From the NCBI GenBank assembly GCA_963718615.1, contig OY970368.1:3776001-3840000 (forward strand): a stretch of DNA of 64,000 bases, given 5' to 3'. Below the pieces are notes generated by a model that made no database searches, was not told where the DNA came from, and was given only the letters and a program-made list of their open reading frames with translations. Source of the stretch: an uncultured cyanobacterium. Lineage in GTDB: Bacteria > Cyanobacteriota > Cyanobacteriia > PCC-9006 > JAAUQQ01. Positions 63,508 to 64,000 of this stretch are shown here, in pieces. The position numbers and the translations under genes were made by a program. Every line of letters starts with the position of its first letter. The stretch's first letter is position 1.

Positions 63508-63999
63508 ATCGTCACACCGCAGCGTTTCCCGCGTCTTGCGACCGGTGACCTGATTGGTGCCCTGGGCAACGGGACAGAGCTCATTCAAGACTTCATCCAG
63601 GAGCAAAACATCCGTAAAATCTGCGCCATCAATGGTCACATTGCGAAACACCGCGTTGAATGCATAGGCCCCTTCTAGGTTGGCCTGGGTGAGGTTCGTG
63701 CGTTTCAAGAGCGCCGAATCGAGCGTCGCGGAGCGCAAATCAGCTCCCGTAAGGTCGGCCTCTTCGAGGTGGGCTCCAAACAAATCGGCATTGCGGAAAT
63801 TAGCACCCTGCAAATTCGTGCGCCGCAGCTTCGCCATGCTGAAATTGGATCCCTCGAAGACTTCGCCAGGGTGGCTTTCACCATCCATCAGGGCGCGGTT
63901 GTAGTTGTAGGCGATCGCCCCCCCCGGCAGCAGCATCCAAGTTGCGATCGCCATCAATACCGCAAACAGGAATGCAGTAGCCTGACGGGCCAGCCGATG
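63496..63999 (-). CDS. Pentapeptide repeat protein, lumenal Rfr-type (5' end probably outside window)
   Basis: A(D/N)LxG repeats, C-terminal C..AQGTNQVTGRKTRETLRC; frame open to window edge. Confidence 0.85.
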   Translation of the reverse strand, partial: HRLARQATAFLFAVLMAIATWMLLPGGAIAYNYNRALMDGESHPGEVFEGSNFSMAKLRRTNLQGANFRNADLFGAHLEEADLTGADLRSATLDSALLKRTNLTQANLEGAYAFNAVFRNVTIDGADFTDVLLLDEVLNELCPVAQGTNQVTGRKTRETLRCDDLGL

Positions 64000-64000
64000 A

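Larger units (their letters stand above)
1..64000. repeat. HIP1 palindrome GCGATCGC, mostly as GGCGATCGCC, dispersed across the window
   Basis: Very many copies, e.g. near 383, 823, 1222, 1697, 1819, 9592, 30983, 46518, 63372. Confidence 0.95.

Overview
Chromosomal window from a cyanobacterium of moderately high GC, densely marked by HIP1 (GCGATCGC) palindromes. It is mostly conserved core genome: cobA/hemD, coaE, pfkA, glsF (Fd-GOGAT), the str operon (rpsL-rpsG-fusA-tufA-rpsJ), asnS, xseAB, recA, psbA, cofG, rne-rnhB, a B12-binding radical SAM gene, dapL, clpS, ppk1 and pheA. Signalling genes include a REC-PAS-GGDEF-EAL protein and a 2029-aa pseudokinase-AAA-GAF-His kinase, and there is a hicB-hicA toxin-antitoxin pair. 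I see no tRNA/rRNA, CRISPR array, IS element or prophage, and no large novel multi-gene system that I can support. The best leads are small-scale: an in-frame UGA splitting an otherwise continuous cobA-hemD frame; a +1 frameshift in the radical SAM/DUF2344 gene; a long stem-loop leader upstream of a cupin gene; competing helices in the str operon spacers; a textbook NtcA promoter on a DUF1830 gene; an HLR1/RpaB box on an E130-type psbA; and many unrelated 10-21 bp tandem micro-duplications. All calls come from motif recognition by eye; no database search was run.
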